Source of the DNA: an uncultured Leptospirales bacterium
Lineage (GTDB): Bacteria; Spirochaetota; UBA4802; UBA5550
Assembly: GCA_964392365.1 (NCBI GenBank)
Contig: CAYMPH010000010.1
Span: forward strand, 2,146-66,145
Direction: 5' to 3'
Length of the DNA: 64,000 bases
The notes beneath the pieces were generated by a model. It was given only the letters and a program-made list of their open reading frames with translations, made no database searches and was not told the origin of the DNA. Positions 52,252 through 61,091 of this stretch are shown here, one piece after another (position 1 is the first letter of the stretch; every line of letters begins with the position of its first letter). The translations under genes were made by a program, and so were the position numbers.

Positions 52252-52836
52252 TTAAGCGGCAATTTGAACATCAATTTCAACATATTTAGAAAAATACTTA
52301 TTAATGATTTTTAAATAATTTTCCAAATTACCACTTTTCCAAATCTCATAAACTATCTTGTCAGAATTTAATTTGAGATATTTTGCCATTGATTCTGCGT
52401 AAAACATTAAGAGTAACAAATCATCAGATTCATTTTTTATGGTAATTCTTAACTTTTCATTTTTCTTCGATTTTAAATGAAGTAATACTCTTTCTGTTCC
52501 TTTTCTTAATTCTTTTTCAGATACTAATTTCTTTAATTCATCCATCGAAATGCTGTTATCAATAACCTCAACGTAATTTGAAAAATATCTATTGAAAACT
52601 TTTAAAAAATTACTTGAACCGGTATTTTTCTTAAGTTCACTATAGATCATATCAAAATCCATATCAAGATAATGACATAAACCCCTCGCATATAAAATTA
52701 ACAACTCTACATCGTTTTCGCCTTTACCATCAGCAATTATTTCAAGTCTCTTACCCGACATTAGATGAAGAACTGTTCTGTCGTGTATATGCTGCAATTG
52801 TTCTTGTTCTTGTTGTTCTAAAAATGTTTTGTTCAT
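52252..52836 (-). CDS. hypothetical protein made of two tandem ~75-aa repeat domains
   Basis: RVLHLMSGKRLEII...FLKVFNRYFSNYVEV is repeated as RVLLHLKSKKNEKLRI...YLKIINKYFSKYVEI. Confidence 0.45.
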   Translation of the reverse strand: MNKTFLEQQEQEQLQHIHDRTVLHLMSGKRLEIIADGKGENDVELLILYARGLCHYLDMDFDMIYSELKKNTGSSNFLKVFNRYFSNYVEVIDNSISMDELKKLVSEKELRKGTERVLLHLKSKKNEKLRITIKNESDDLLLLMFYAESMAKYLKLNSDKIVYEIWKSGNLENYLKIINKYFSKYVEIDVQIAA

Positions 52837-52865
52837 TGGCTTCTCCTTTATAATATTTAATTTTA

Positions 52866-52906
52866 AAAAGGGGTTGGCTTTTTACACCAACCCCTTTGAG
52901 TTTTTA
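52866..52906. terminator. rho-independent terminator downstream of the 52904..53170 gene
   Basis: aggggttgg-cttttacac-ccaacccct hairpin with flanking A- and T-runs. Confidence 0.6.
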
Positions 52907-53170
52907 AGCTTCGTTAAACTTTTCTGCCCTATGACAAATCGTCGCTTCTCTGTACATTATAAGAATATCTGTTAAAATTCCATAAGCTTCATAATCGTTA
53001 GAAGCAACCGCTTGAACTACTTTCATACAGATATAATGAGCTGACAAATCTTTATCATCATATCCTTCTATAACTTTTATTAACTCATCTGTTTTCGCAT
53101 CAATTTCCTCATCGTGTTGCATATCTCTTTTTTTGTTACTTGCATTAATAGTTGTCATTTTTTTCACCAT
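52904..53170 (-). CDS. small hypothetical protein
   Basis: 88 aa ORF. Confidence 0.4.
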   Translation of the reverse strand: MVKKMTTINASNKKRDMQHDEEIDAKTDELIKVIEGYDDKDLSAHYICMKVVQAVASNDYEAYGILTDILIMYREATICHRAEKFNEA

Positions 53171-53600
53171 TTGTTATTGTATTTATTCAAACCGTCAATG
53201 TTGACAGTATCTCAAAAACCTTGTTTATTTTTTTCCCGTTTCAAGTTGTCATATTGAACCTCCTGTTTTTTCCCTGGATATTAATTAGACTGAACAAAAC
53301 GTGCTTTTTATTCCCACTTTTTTGGTTTGGGTTAATTTTTGTTATTTTTTTTAAAAAAAGTAAAAATTGAGGATAAAACTTTTACTTTAAATGGGGTTTG
53401 ATACTGAATTGAAATTTAAAGTTTTAAAATGAGTTAGTTTCAAGTCGTAATTGGAATAGAAAATGGCTGAATTCTCTTCTATATATTACATTTTTATTAA
53501 AAAAATGAAGAAAATATTACTATTTGACAATATTTTAATCACTCGTTAAATGTAAGCATATTAAGACAATAATTTTTATATATGGATAAACTTAATATCA

Positions 53601-54128
53601 ATGGATAATGACAAATTTTTTAAAGAATACCATAAATATATAAGGGCTCTCGTAATTAAATTTTCAAAAAATTCAAGAAATTATGATGATATTGAAGATA
53701 TAATTCAAGGTGCCAATGAAAAATTTCTTAAAGGTGCTCTTGGAAAGTTTAGAGAAGAAAGCAAAATTACAACTTATATATACAGAGTTGTGTATAATCA
53801 CTGGGTTGACTGTATAAAAGAGAAGATTAAAAGAGAAAGAAACGAAGTTTATTCCGATACCATTTTAAATTGGGGTAATATACCTTCCAGTTATAATGAA
53901 GATAATATAGAAAAAAGAGAAATTATTCTGGAAACAATCAATTTTATCAATCCAGATTTAAAAAAAGTAATTGGTAAGCTTTCAATTATAAAAGATAGGA
54001 AACAAGCTGATATAGCTGGAATACTTCAAATAGCTCAAAGTACAGTTTCTAAAAATATTGCAAGTGCAGAGAAAATACTAAAACAAGAAATTATAAAGAA
54101 ATACCCTGATTTAAGAGATAAAATATGA
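53601..54128 (+). CDS. ECF-type RNA polymerase sigma-70 family factor
   Basis: Region 2-like TYIYRVVYNHWVDCIKE and region 4 HTH RKQADIAGILQIAQSTVSKNIASAEKIL. An upstream TTGACA-17-TAAATG promoter is present. Confidence 0.7.
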   Translation: MDNDKFFKEYHKYIRALVIKFSKNSRNYDDIEDIIQGANEKFLKGALGKFREESKITTYIYRVVYNHWVDCIKEKIKRERNEVYSDTILNWGNIPSSYNEDNIEKREIILETINFINPDLKKVIGKLSIIKDRKQADIAGILQIAQSTVSKNIASAEKILKQEIIKKYPDLRDKI

Positions 54129-54682
54129 ATAATATTAGATGCAATGATGAAATGGAGAAGCTTATTTATGCCTATGCTGATGGAACACTCAAATCAGAAA
54201 AAGAAAAAGAAAAAGTAATTTCTCACATTGCAAATTGTGATTCTTGCTTGGATTTAATAGAAACATATTACGATATGCACAAAGAAAAAGAAATTTTAGA
54301 TGATGATAAGAATTGGAAAGATATTCCAATCCACGCCACAGATTACGGAATCAGCGTTCTTGATTCTGAATTATTAACATCAAAATCGAAAATTCAGGTT
54401 TTATCTTCTGGAGATAAGGGATTACCTGTTTCATTAAAACTTCCATTTAACAATGAAGAAATAACTTTAAAATTGATTAAATCCGGTAAAAAAATGACAG
54501 TACAACTCCAGGCACTCAAAGGTGCAAAGAAATATTATTTACTTTATGGAAAAGACAAGTCTATAGCTTCCGAAATTGATGGATTTGTTGTTTTTACAAA
54601 AGTACCGATAAGGTCTTTTATTCTTTCAATTGATATGAAATATTTTATGAGCATTGATGCTTTAAAAGAAAGTGTATTATGA
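54125..54682 (+). CDS. putative soluble zinc-finger (HxxxCxxC) anti-sigma factor
   Basis: N-terminal YAYADGTL...SHIANCDSC motif. Its start overlaps the sigma gene stop (ATGA), and no TM helix is apparent. Confidence 0.55.
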   Translation: MNNIRCNDEMEKLIYAYADGTLKSEKEKEKVISHIANCDSCLDLIETYYDMHKEKEILDDDKNWKDIPIHATDYGISVLDSELLTSKSKIQVLSSGDKGLPVSLKLPFNNEEITLKLIKSGKKMTVQLQALKGAKKYYLLYGKDKSIASEIDGFVVFTKVPIRSFILSIDMKYFMSIDALKESVL

Positions 54683-56297
54683 TATGGGAAGTGTAATTGA
54701 AAAAAAAATTATAAATGAATGGAGAACAATAAAAGACAATGGTGAGAAACGCAAGTTCTATTCAGATAATATTCTTCCAGTAATAATAGAAGTTTTCTCC
54801 GAAGGTATAGAAACAGGAAAGAAAGAAAGAAAAATTATAGCTTACAGCACCCTTATTATTATTTTATCTAATGACGAAAATACCGCTAAAATTCTTTCTA
54901 CAAGTTTAAAAGTTAAAACAGTAATAGTATTTTATACAAAAGAAAAAGAAAACCGATTTAAAAAAAATTTTCATCCTTATCTTTTGAAATATTTTAGCGA
55001 AACATCTATTAAACCAATTCTTCTCGATAGAATAAATCATCAGAATAATATTAAAATTATAAATGAAACTATTAAAAATGTCTCTTTAGAAAAAGGAAGG
55101 ACACTTTGCGATATCACAGGTGGAAAAAAAATTCATTCTGTTCTTCTTGGTATTGCAGCACGGGAATTTAAAATTGACATCTGCTATTTTGATTCAGAAA
55201 ATCTATCAGATAATTTTATGCCACATTTGGGGAAAGAAGTTTTATATATTCACAGAGCCGATACAGGCTCAGTAACTAAAATAGATTCTGCAATTTACTC
55301 TTTACTCAAAATTGGATACAGAAAATTTGATGATTCAAATGAAATTACATATGATATTATTACTAATGATGAATCCTCCAATCTTGGAACAATTAGATTT
55401 AGCGAGGATGATGCCAGAGTATTATCTGAAAAAATAACTGAAAACAATTCAATAATAAATGGAATTATATCAGATGGAAATTCAAATGCAAGGCGAGAAC
55501 TTGTCTCTATTTCAAGAATTATTAAAAGTATTTTAATGTCGCCACCTCTTATTCATCGTATTAGAGAAGATAACTTCAACCGCTTTAAAATTATATTGGA
55601 TGAAGAAATATCAGGAATTCCTTGGGAAATTCCTCTTTCAATGGAGCTAAAAGTTGAACTTCCGATAATCAGAATTCCAAATAAAGTTTATGGGTTAAAT
55701 GAAATCTGCGGATATGAAGAAAATGAGCCTGTTGGTATTCTTTTAATTGAAGGTTCGAGCGAAGGAATTACTGATTTCAAATCATATATTGATAGTGCTT
55801 TTGAAATTTGCTCAAGATTTGAAAATTTCTTTTCAATCAAAGCAGAGAATGCTTCTGAACTTAAGATGTATTTAACTGATAGAAATTGTTTTAAGGTTAT
55901 AATTTATTACGGGCACGCAGAATATTCAAACGAAAAAATGACAACTGGTTGGAAATGTATTGATGGCTCTTTCTTTGGACCTGATTCCTTTAATGTAATG
56001 AGTGGACGGCGTAGTGGAATAATTATCGCAAATGCTTGCGAAAGTGCAAGAAGTGCACCGTTTTTAAAAAATTCGTTTCCATTTGCAACATTATTAAACG
56101 GCTTCAGTACATTCATCGGAACAAATTGGCTTCTTGAAGTAGAAAGAAGTTCAATATTTATAAATACAATGCTTGAAAATCTTATAAAAATGGAATCAAA
56201 GCCTTCCGATTGTTTTAATATAGCAATGAAAACACTCGCTGAAAAATATGGAGCAGCTGATTTGTCAAAATATAACATTGTTTATTACGGTAAATAA
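54672..56297 (+). CDS. two-domain protein: an N-terminal Rossmann-like CARF-like sensor domain and a C-terminal CHAT/caspase-like His-Cys protease domain
   Basis: DITGGKK matches the CARF [DN]x[ST]xxx[RK] signature. The C-terminus has IIYYGHAEY (His) and IIIANACESARS (Cys; CHAT-like ...SAC[EQ][ST]). Its start overlaps the anti-sigma gene end. Confidence 0.5.
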   Translation: MYYDMGSVIEKKIINEWRTIKDNGEKRKFYSDNILPVIIEVFSEGIETGKKERKIIAYSTLIIILSNDENTAKILSTSLKVKTVIVFYTKEKENRFKKNFHPYLLKYFSETSIKPILLDRINHQNNIKIINETIKNVSLEKGRTLCDITGGKKIHSVLLGIAAREFKIDICYFDSENLSDNFMPHLGKEVLYIHRADTGSVTKIDSAIYSLLKIGYRKFDDSNEITYDIITNDESSNLGTIRFSEDDARVLSEKITENNSIINGIISDGNSNARRELVSISRIIKSILMSPPLIHRIREDNFNRFKIILDEEISGIPWEIPLSMELKVELPIIRIPNKVYGLNEICGYEENEPVGILLIEGSSEGITDFKSYIDSAFEICSRFENFFSIKAENASELKMYLTDRNCFKVIIYYGHAEYSNEKMTTGWKCIDGSFFGPDSFNVMSGRRSGIIIANACESARSAPFLKNSFPFATLLNGFSTFIGTNWLLEVERSSIFINTMLENLIKMESKPSDCFNIAMKTLAEKYGAADLSKYNIVYYGK

Positions 56298-56390
56298 AGA
56301 GAAATTTTAGTAAAATATTTTGTTTACCAAAACTATTAATTCTTTAAAAATATTACTTGACAATCGACAACTAATATGCTTAAATAAACT

Positions 56391-56618
56391 ATGGCACAAG
56401 TAAAGATTACAGAGCTTACTTCCTTTTTATCTGTTAGACAAACGGCACAAGAACTTGGATTTTCTAAAGAAGGTATTCGTAAATTAATTCATTCCGGAGA
56501 AATATCACCGGTAAGCAAGGTAGATGATTTTATTCTGATTCCTTCCAAGACGATACAGATGTTTAAAGAGAGTCGAAGAAAACAGAATAATCCTGATAAT
56601 AGATATAAAAAGTTATAA
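56391..56618 (+). CDS. excisionase/AlpA-like HTH DNA-binding protein
   Basis: LSVRQTAQELGFSKEGIRKLIHSGEI helix-turn-helix. 75 aa, directly upstream of the integrase. Confidence 0.55.
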   Translation: MAQVKITELTSFLSVRQTAQELGFSKEGIRKLIHSGEISPVSKVDDFILIPSKTIQMFKESRRKQNNPDNRYKKL

Positions 56619-56625
56619 AAAAAGA

Positions 56626-56653
56626 AAAATGCTGTATAAACAGCATTTTTTAA
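56626..56653 (+). terminator. hairpin between the xis-like and int genes
   Basis: aaatgctgt-ataaa-cagcattt hairpin followed by a T-run. Confidence 0.5.
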
Positions 56654-56702
56654 TATTGCAATAGTTGCCGATTAGCAACTATATTAAAAAGGAGGATATG
56701 GA

Positions 56703-57575
56703 ATGAAAAATAAAAGCATAATATCTATTAATCACAGTAATAAAATCTATTCCCTTTCCTTCGAAGGTTTAAACAGCAACTACAAAAATGATGTTGAAAT
56801 CTTCAACAGATTTGCAGATGGAAACCCGATTACAGCCAACCTTATAAGTGATTTTTTCATCTGGAGAGAAAAGAATGTATCACTTTCAACCCTTCAACGA
56901 AATAAAGCAGCCATAAAACAGGCTTTAAAGCTTTCAATGGGCCAAGGTGCAAAGCTTGGACAGATTGCTCATATAGATGCTTTCTTTAAATCTATAGAAC
57001 AGGGTAAAGGAACTTGTAATAATTCTATAACAGAAAATAAAGTTTTAACAAAAAACCAATTGAAAGAACTTATAGCCAAATCCGGTTTCAAAACAGGTCT
57101 AATAATTCAAGCTTTATATCAAACAGCTACCCGTGTAAGTGAATTATGTAATATAGAACTTAAACGATGCAAGATAATTCAAGATGAAAGTTCTTTTCCA
57201 TATATTCGGATTAAAATTTTCAGACAAAAAACAAACAGTTATGCTGATGTATTTATGGATTATAATCTGTTTGAAAAGATTAAAGCAGCCTACTCCGGAA
57301 AGAAATACCTATTCGAGAAAAACGGAAAGCCTATTTCAAGATTTACAGTACACAGTTTGGTAAAAAGAGCCGGAGCGAAGATAGGAAGAAATGATATACA
57401 CGCCCATACCCTACGCCATTCGTGGGCCTCAAATGCAATTACAACCCTTGGGCTTTCTAAAGTTTCTAAATACCTTTCACACTCATCTCCGGATGTGACT
57501 GCTCGCTACTACTTGCACGGAAATGCGTCCGCTGAAGAAATTATGACGGTAAATAAACTGGAAAATGCTGAATAG
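56703..57575 (+). CDS. tyrosine-type site-specific recombinase/integrase
   Basis: Catalytic residues ATRVSEL (Arg), HAHTLRHSWA (H-x-x-R) and TARYYLH (Tyr). Confidence 0.8.
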   Translation: MKNKSIISINHSNKIYSLSFEGLNSNYKNDVEIFNRFADGNPITANLISDFFIWREKNVSLSTLQRNKAAIKQALKLSMGQGAKLGQIAHIDAFFKSIEQGKGTCNNSITENKVLTKNQLKELIAKSGFKTGLIIQALYQTATRVSELCNIELKRCKIIQDESSFPYIRIKIFRQKTNSYADVFMDYNLFEKIKAAYSGKKYLFEKNGKPISRFTVHSLVKRAGAKIGRNDIHAHTLRHSWASNAITTLGLSKVSKYLSHSSPDVTARYYLHGNASAEEIMTVNKLENAE

Positions 57576-57661
57576 CCCACTTAACGCTCCTTTTGTGTTA
57601 CAGCTAAAATTAAATTTTTTATCAAAAAAACCAAGCAACCTGTAATATAATTAAAAGAGAG

Positions 57662-58132
57662 GTGACTGCTATTTTTGACGATATAAGAAAAGCCCTTGAT
57701 GAACTTGCTTTATATATTCTGACAGCAATTACAATTCCACGAGCAAAGCATCCGTGGGTAAGTCCAGGTGTGCTTGTAGTTAACAGCCCTACTGAATTTT
57801 CACCGGATAAAGAAATAGTTCAAGCAAAATATGATTTGGAAATAAGTTGGATTCTACAAAAAATTAGGGATATTTTTTTCGAGAATGAAATTGTCAGCAA
57901 ATCGAATAAAAATCAATTTTTCACTACATTAGCTAAAAGTACAAATGCTTTCATTAAAACATCAGAGGACAACTACAATGTCTGCGATTTACTTCTGGTT
58001 GTTTTACATCATACATATCTTCTTTTAAATGAAATTGAAAGTTTCAACACCTTTGAAACCGAATATGATTTTTCAGAAATTGCTGTTTTATATAAATTTT
58101 TCCTTAATAGGCTTGCGATGAAGATAAATTAA
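57662..58132 (+). CDS. hypothetical protein (GTG start)
   Basis: 156 aa ORF with an upstream AAAAGAGAGG RBS. Confidence 0.4.
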   Translation: MTAIFDDIRKALDELALYILTAITIPRAKHPWVSPGVLVVNSPTEFSPDKEIVQAKYDLEISWILQKIRDIFFENEIVSKSNKNQFFTTLAKSTNAFIKTSEDNYNVCDLLLVVLHHTYLLLNEIESFNTFETEYDFSEIAVLYKFFLNRLAMKIN

Positions 58133-58189
58133 AAAAAATTAAGAATAAATTTATCATTGCCGGTAATATATTTTTAATGGAGTATAATT

Positions 58190-58705
58190 ATGAATGATTT
58201 ATCGATAAATTCAAATATCTTAACGATGAAAGTCTTTCCCGTAGGCTCGTTTCCTTCTTCGGGAGTTACAAAATATTTTGCAATTAATGCCGTGGGCGAT
58301 TGGATAGATGAAACACACGTTTTAAATGTGGTACATTTTTTAAAAAAGAATATGAAGTCAGGCGAAAACCCGAATGCGAAGATAGAAAGCTGTGCCGTGT
58401 ATTCTCAAAATTTAGAACTTATGGAATTATTCAGCAGCTATGCCGGAATAATAGGTTTACCCGTGCAAAATATTCAAAAAATTTACAGAGACCCTGCCTT
58501 AAACAACCCAAAACCAATTGTGCCAGATGGCTGTAACAAAATTTTTTCAATATACACAAAAGAATACTTGGAGCAGCAATTCAAATCGGAGAATCCGGAT
58601 TTAGAAATTAAGTCTATTAAAGATTTTATTAATTGCGGTGAACGATGCTTGGATTGTTTAAATTGCTACAAGCCTGGAGAGACAATTATTAAAGAAATGA
58701 TATAG
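58190..58705 (+). CDS. hypothetical protein with a C-terminal Cys cluster (CGERCLDCLNC)
   Basis: 171 aa ORF. Confidence 0.4.
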   Translation: MNDLSINSNILTMKVFPVGSFPSSGVTKYFAINAVGDWIDETHVLNVVHFLKKNMKSGENPNAKIESCAVYSQNLELMELFSSYAGIIGLPVQNIQKIYRDPALNNPKPIVPDGCNKIFSIYTKEYLEQQFKSENPDLEIKSIKDFINCGERCLDCLNCYKPGETIIKEMI

Positions 58706-58720
58706 AGTTTTATTCGAATT

Positions 58721-59926
58721 TTAAAAATCAATCTCCTTTTGAATTTTATTCGCCCAAACTTTATCCTTTAATTCACCACGAATACGATTTATTAATTTCA
58801 GTTTATCATCATTGCTAACAGCAGCATCCAGAGCCTTTTGATAAAGTACTCTTGCATATTCATCATCTTTAAGATTACAATGCACTCGGTGAGCTAATCT
58901 TCCAAGCTCAAGAGATGTTTTTAAAAGCTGTTCCTGTTTTTCATACAATTTCATTAACAAGCTTGGACTGAAACACAATCCGTATTTTAAAAATTTTTCG
59001 ATTGATTCAAAATCAATTTTAGAAGTTGAAAGCTCAATTGCTCTTTCCAGAAATTTTACTGACAGTTCATCATAGACTTTATTACCGGAAATATTAAATA
59101 ATTCTCTTACAATCTCCAAACACTCATTTACATTTATAATTTCAGATAGTAAAGATACAGATAGTTTTTCTATCTTATTGAAAATCGTCTCTTTAAAGTA
59201 TTCGGATATTGAATCTGGGAAAAATCTAAAAAGTCTTAAGGTAAATCCAGTAAGTGCCCTAAAATTGTCAATATTTTCAAGGTGTTGTTCAATGACAGCC
59301 TTATTAAATATTACAGGACCAATTGTGTTAATGGAGTTTTCATCAATCTCGTAATGTAATTCACCGGATATTAACAAAGTATCAAGTAAATTCACTCGAT
59401 ACCTGTTTAGATTTTCAACAGCAACGGTGCAAAATTCAGGATTTTCATCGAGAAAAGAAAAAATTCCGGATTTGGAAAAGATACCAAATGATTTGACTAA
59501 TCCTGATAACCATTCATAACCGTGCCCGTGCATTCTCAGAGATGAAAATAATAATCCCTTATGTAAGGCATCATCAAATCCAGGAATTGCTTTTGATATT
59601 ACAGGATATTCAAGCCTTACTTTCATAAGCGTTGCCGTAGCAATTATAGATGGCAAATTGATGAAATCAAATCTGGAATCTGATTGCATTTTTTTAATAT
59701 TGGGTGTCAAACACCACGAATATCCGTTCAATCCGTTTACCTCTCTTTGGCCATTAACCAAAGATTTACAATAGTTCTTCAAGTCTTCTGCTGTGTATGT
59801 TTCATTTGGGATATTATTGTCAACAAGCTGATTAAACACCTCTTCCATTTCATTTCTGATTTTATAAAGTGAATCGACAAAAAATTCTGCACGAGTTTCA
59901 GTCGTAATGTGAAATTTTTTAATCAT
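58721..59926 (-). CDS. hypothetical protein, translationally coupled to the upstream GATase
   Basis: 401 aa. Its start overlaps the stop of 59923..60741 by 4 nt. Confidence 0.45.
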   Translation of the reverse strand: MIKKFHITTETRAEFFVDSLYKIRNEMEEVFNQLVDNNIPNETYTAEDLKNYCKSLVNGQREVNGLNGYSWCLTPNIKKMQSDSRFDFINLPSIIATATLMKVRLEYPVISKAIPGFDDALHKGLLFSSLRMHGHGYEWLSGLVKSFGIFSKSGIFSFLDENPEFCTVAVENLNRYRVNLLDTLLISGELHYEIDENSINTIGPVIFNKAVIEQHLENIDNFRALTGFTLRLFRFFPDSISEYFKETIFNKIEKLSVSLLSEIINVNECLEIVRELFNISGNKVYDELSVKFLERAIELSTSKIDFESIEKFLKYGLCFSPSLLMKLYEKQEQLLKTSLELGRLAHRVHCNLKDDEYARVLYQKALDAAVSNDDKLKLINRIRGELKDKVWANKIQKEIDF

Positions 59927-60741
59927 AGGCTGCCTCCTAAATCATAATCACCAGAATCATCCAAGCTTCTTCCGATACTTGAATAGACAATTCTTCCAAA
60001 TCGAAATACAAGAAGCTCCTCTGGTTCAAAGTCGTGCCAAATCTCATTGGTTAAAGGATTTGTAGAAACAATATACCCAACTTGCGAAGGGTCTTTCTGT
60101 TCGGATAAATTTACTGTTAAATCCTCATCAAGTAATCTAACAGACTCAAACGGAGCTTTACGGCGAAGAAAGCATAATCCAGGATAGACATTTTTATCGT
60201 GGTAACAAAATAAATATCCATTATGAGCAAATATAATATTTAACCTTCCGTAATTGTTTATTTCTTGAAGTAAACTATGTAAATATTCAAAACTTGAGTG
60301 ACTCCAGAGTTTCATACGTTGCTTTTTAATTGATTGTAGGATAAAAGCAAATAGGTGTTCTGAATCGGTTTCTCCGATTGTTCTAAATCTGCCAATGTCT
60401 AATTCAGAGCAATCAATCGTTCCATTATGGGCACAAATAAATTCACTTCCGGATAATTTTTTTAAAAATGGGTGAGTATTACAATGAGCAACCGACCCTT
60501 TACTTGCGTTCCGTAAATGGGCAATGAATGTTTTTGATTTTAATCCATTGTAATCCTGTAAAAAATTGGCAAGGGGACTTTTATCAATCTGAACAGGTTC
60601 TTTAATTATCTGAGCTGACTTGTCAGGAAAGAATGATATTCCCCACCCTGAGGTATTGCTCTTACCACTATGGCGAAATCCTCTGAATGAAAAACTTGGT
60701 GTTACTGGTTTGTTAAAATTTAAAGCGAGTAGAACACACAT
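59923..60741 (-). CDS. class-II (Ntn) glutamine amidotransferase domain protein
   Basis: Met-Cys N-terminus (MCVLLAL) and ...HNGTI...TDSEHLF motifs. Confidence 0.55.
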   Translation of the reverse strand: MCVLLALNFNKPVTPSFSFRGFRHSGKSNTSGWGISFFPDKSAQIIKEPVQIDKSPLANFLQDYNGLKSKTFIAHLRNASKGSVAHCNTHPFLKKLSGSEFICAHNGTIDCSELDIGRFRTIGETDSEHLFAFILQSIKKQRMKLWSHSSFEYLHSLLQEINNYGRLNIIFAHNGYLFCYHDKNVYPGLCFLRRKAPFESVRLLDEDLTVNLSEQKDPSQVGYIVSTNPLTNEIWHDFEPEELLVFRFGRIVYSSIGRSLDDSGDYDLGGSL

Positions 60742-61091
60742 ATGAAACCTCCTATTCTTATATTTTTAACCCCCACGAAAATAATCTGAAATTAATAGTC
60801 TCTGAGACATCTTAATAGATGTTTAAAAAACCGCTTTGTGAAATTTGATGATTTGTTCTTGAAAACGATAAATCAATGATGATGCGTTTGCAGTTAGGAT
60901 AATTCTTTAATTCAATAGGATGATTGTATCATAGATTTTGAAATTTGTCAAGGGGCCTTTAATTTTTTTATAAATGTTGATTATTTAATTTTATGATTGA
61001 ATTGAAAGAGATATAAAAAAGCCCCGTAGAAATATCCACGAGGCTTAAATAAATTTATCTGATAAATTATTACTTTTCTTTATTTACATAT

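Larger units (their letters stand above)
39528..57575. mobile_element. putative integrative genomic island downstream of tRNA-Pro(GGG). The right boundary is unresolved. An excisionase-like HTH and a tyrosine integrase sit at the distal end.
   Basis: tRNA adjacency, a run of hypothetical and mobile-type genes (RadC-like, XRE, transposase fragment, AEP-like primase, xis, int) and repeated intergenic modules. No attR was identified by eye. Confidence 0.45.

Noticed and set aside
55907-56278. 123-aa minus ORF
   Set aside because: It is antisense to the CHAT domain coding region.
61010-61050. Possible terminator hairpin downstream of the NHL-repeat gene
   Set aside because: The stem is imperfect (gccccgt … acgaggc) and too weak to call.
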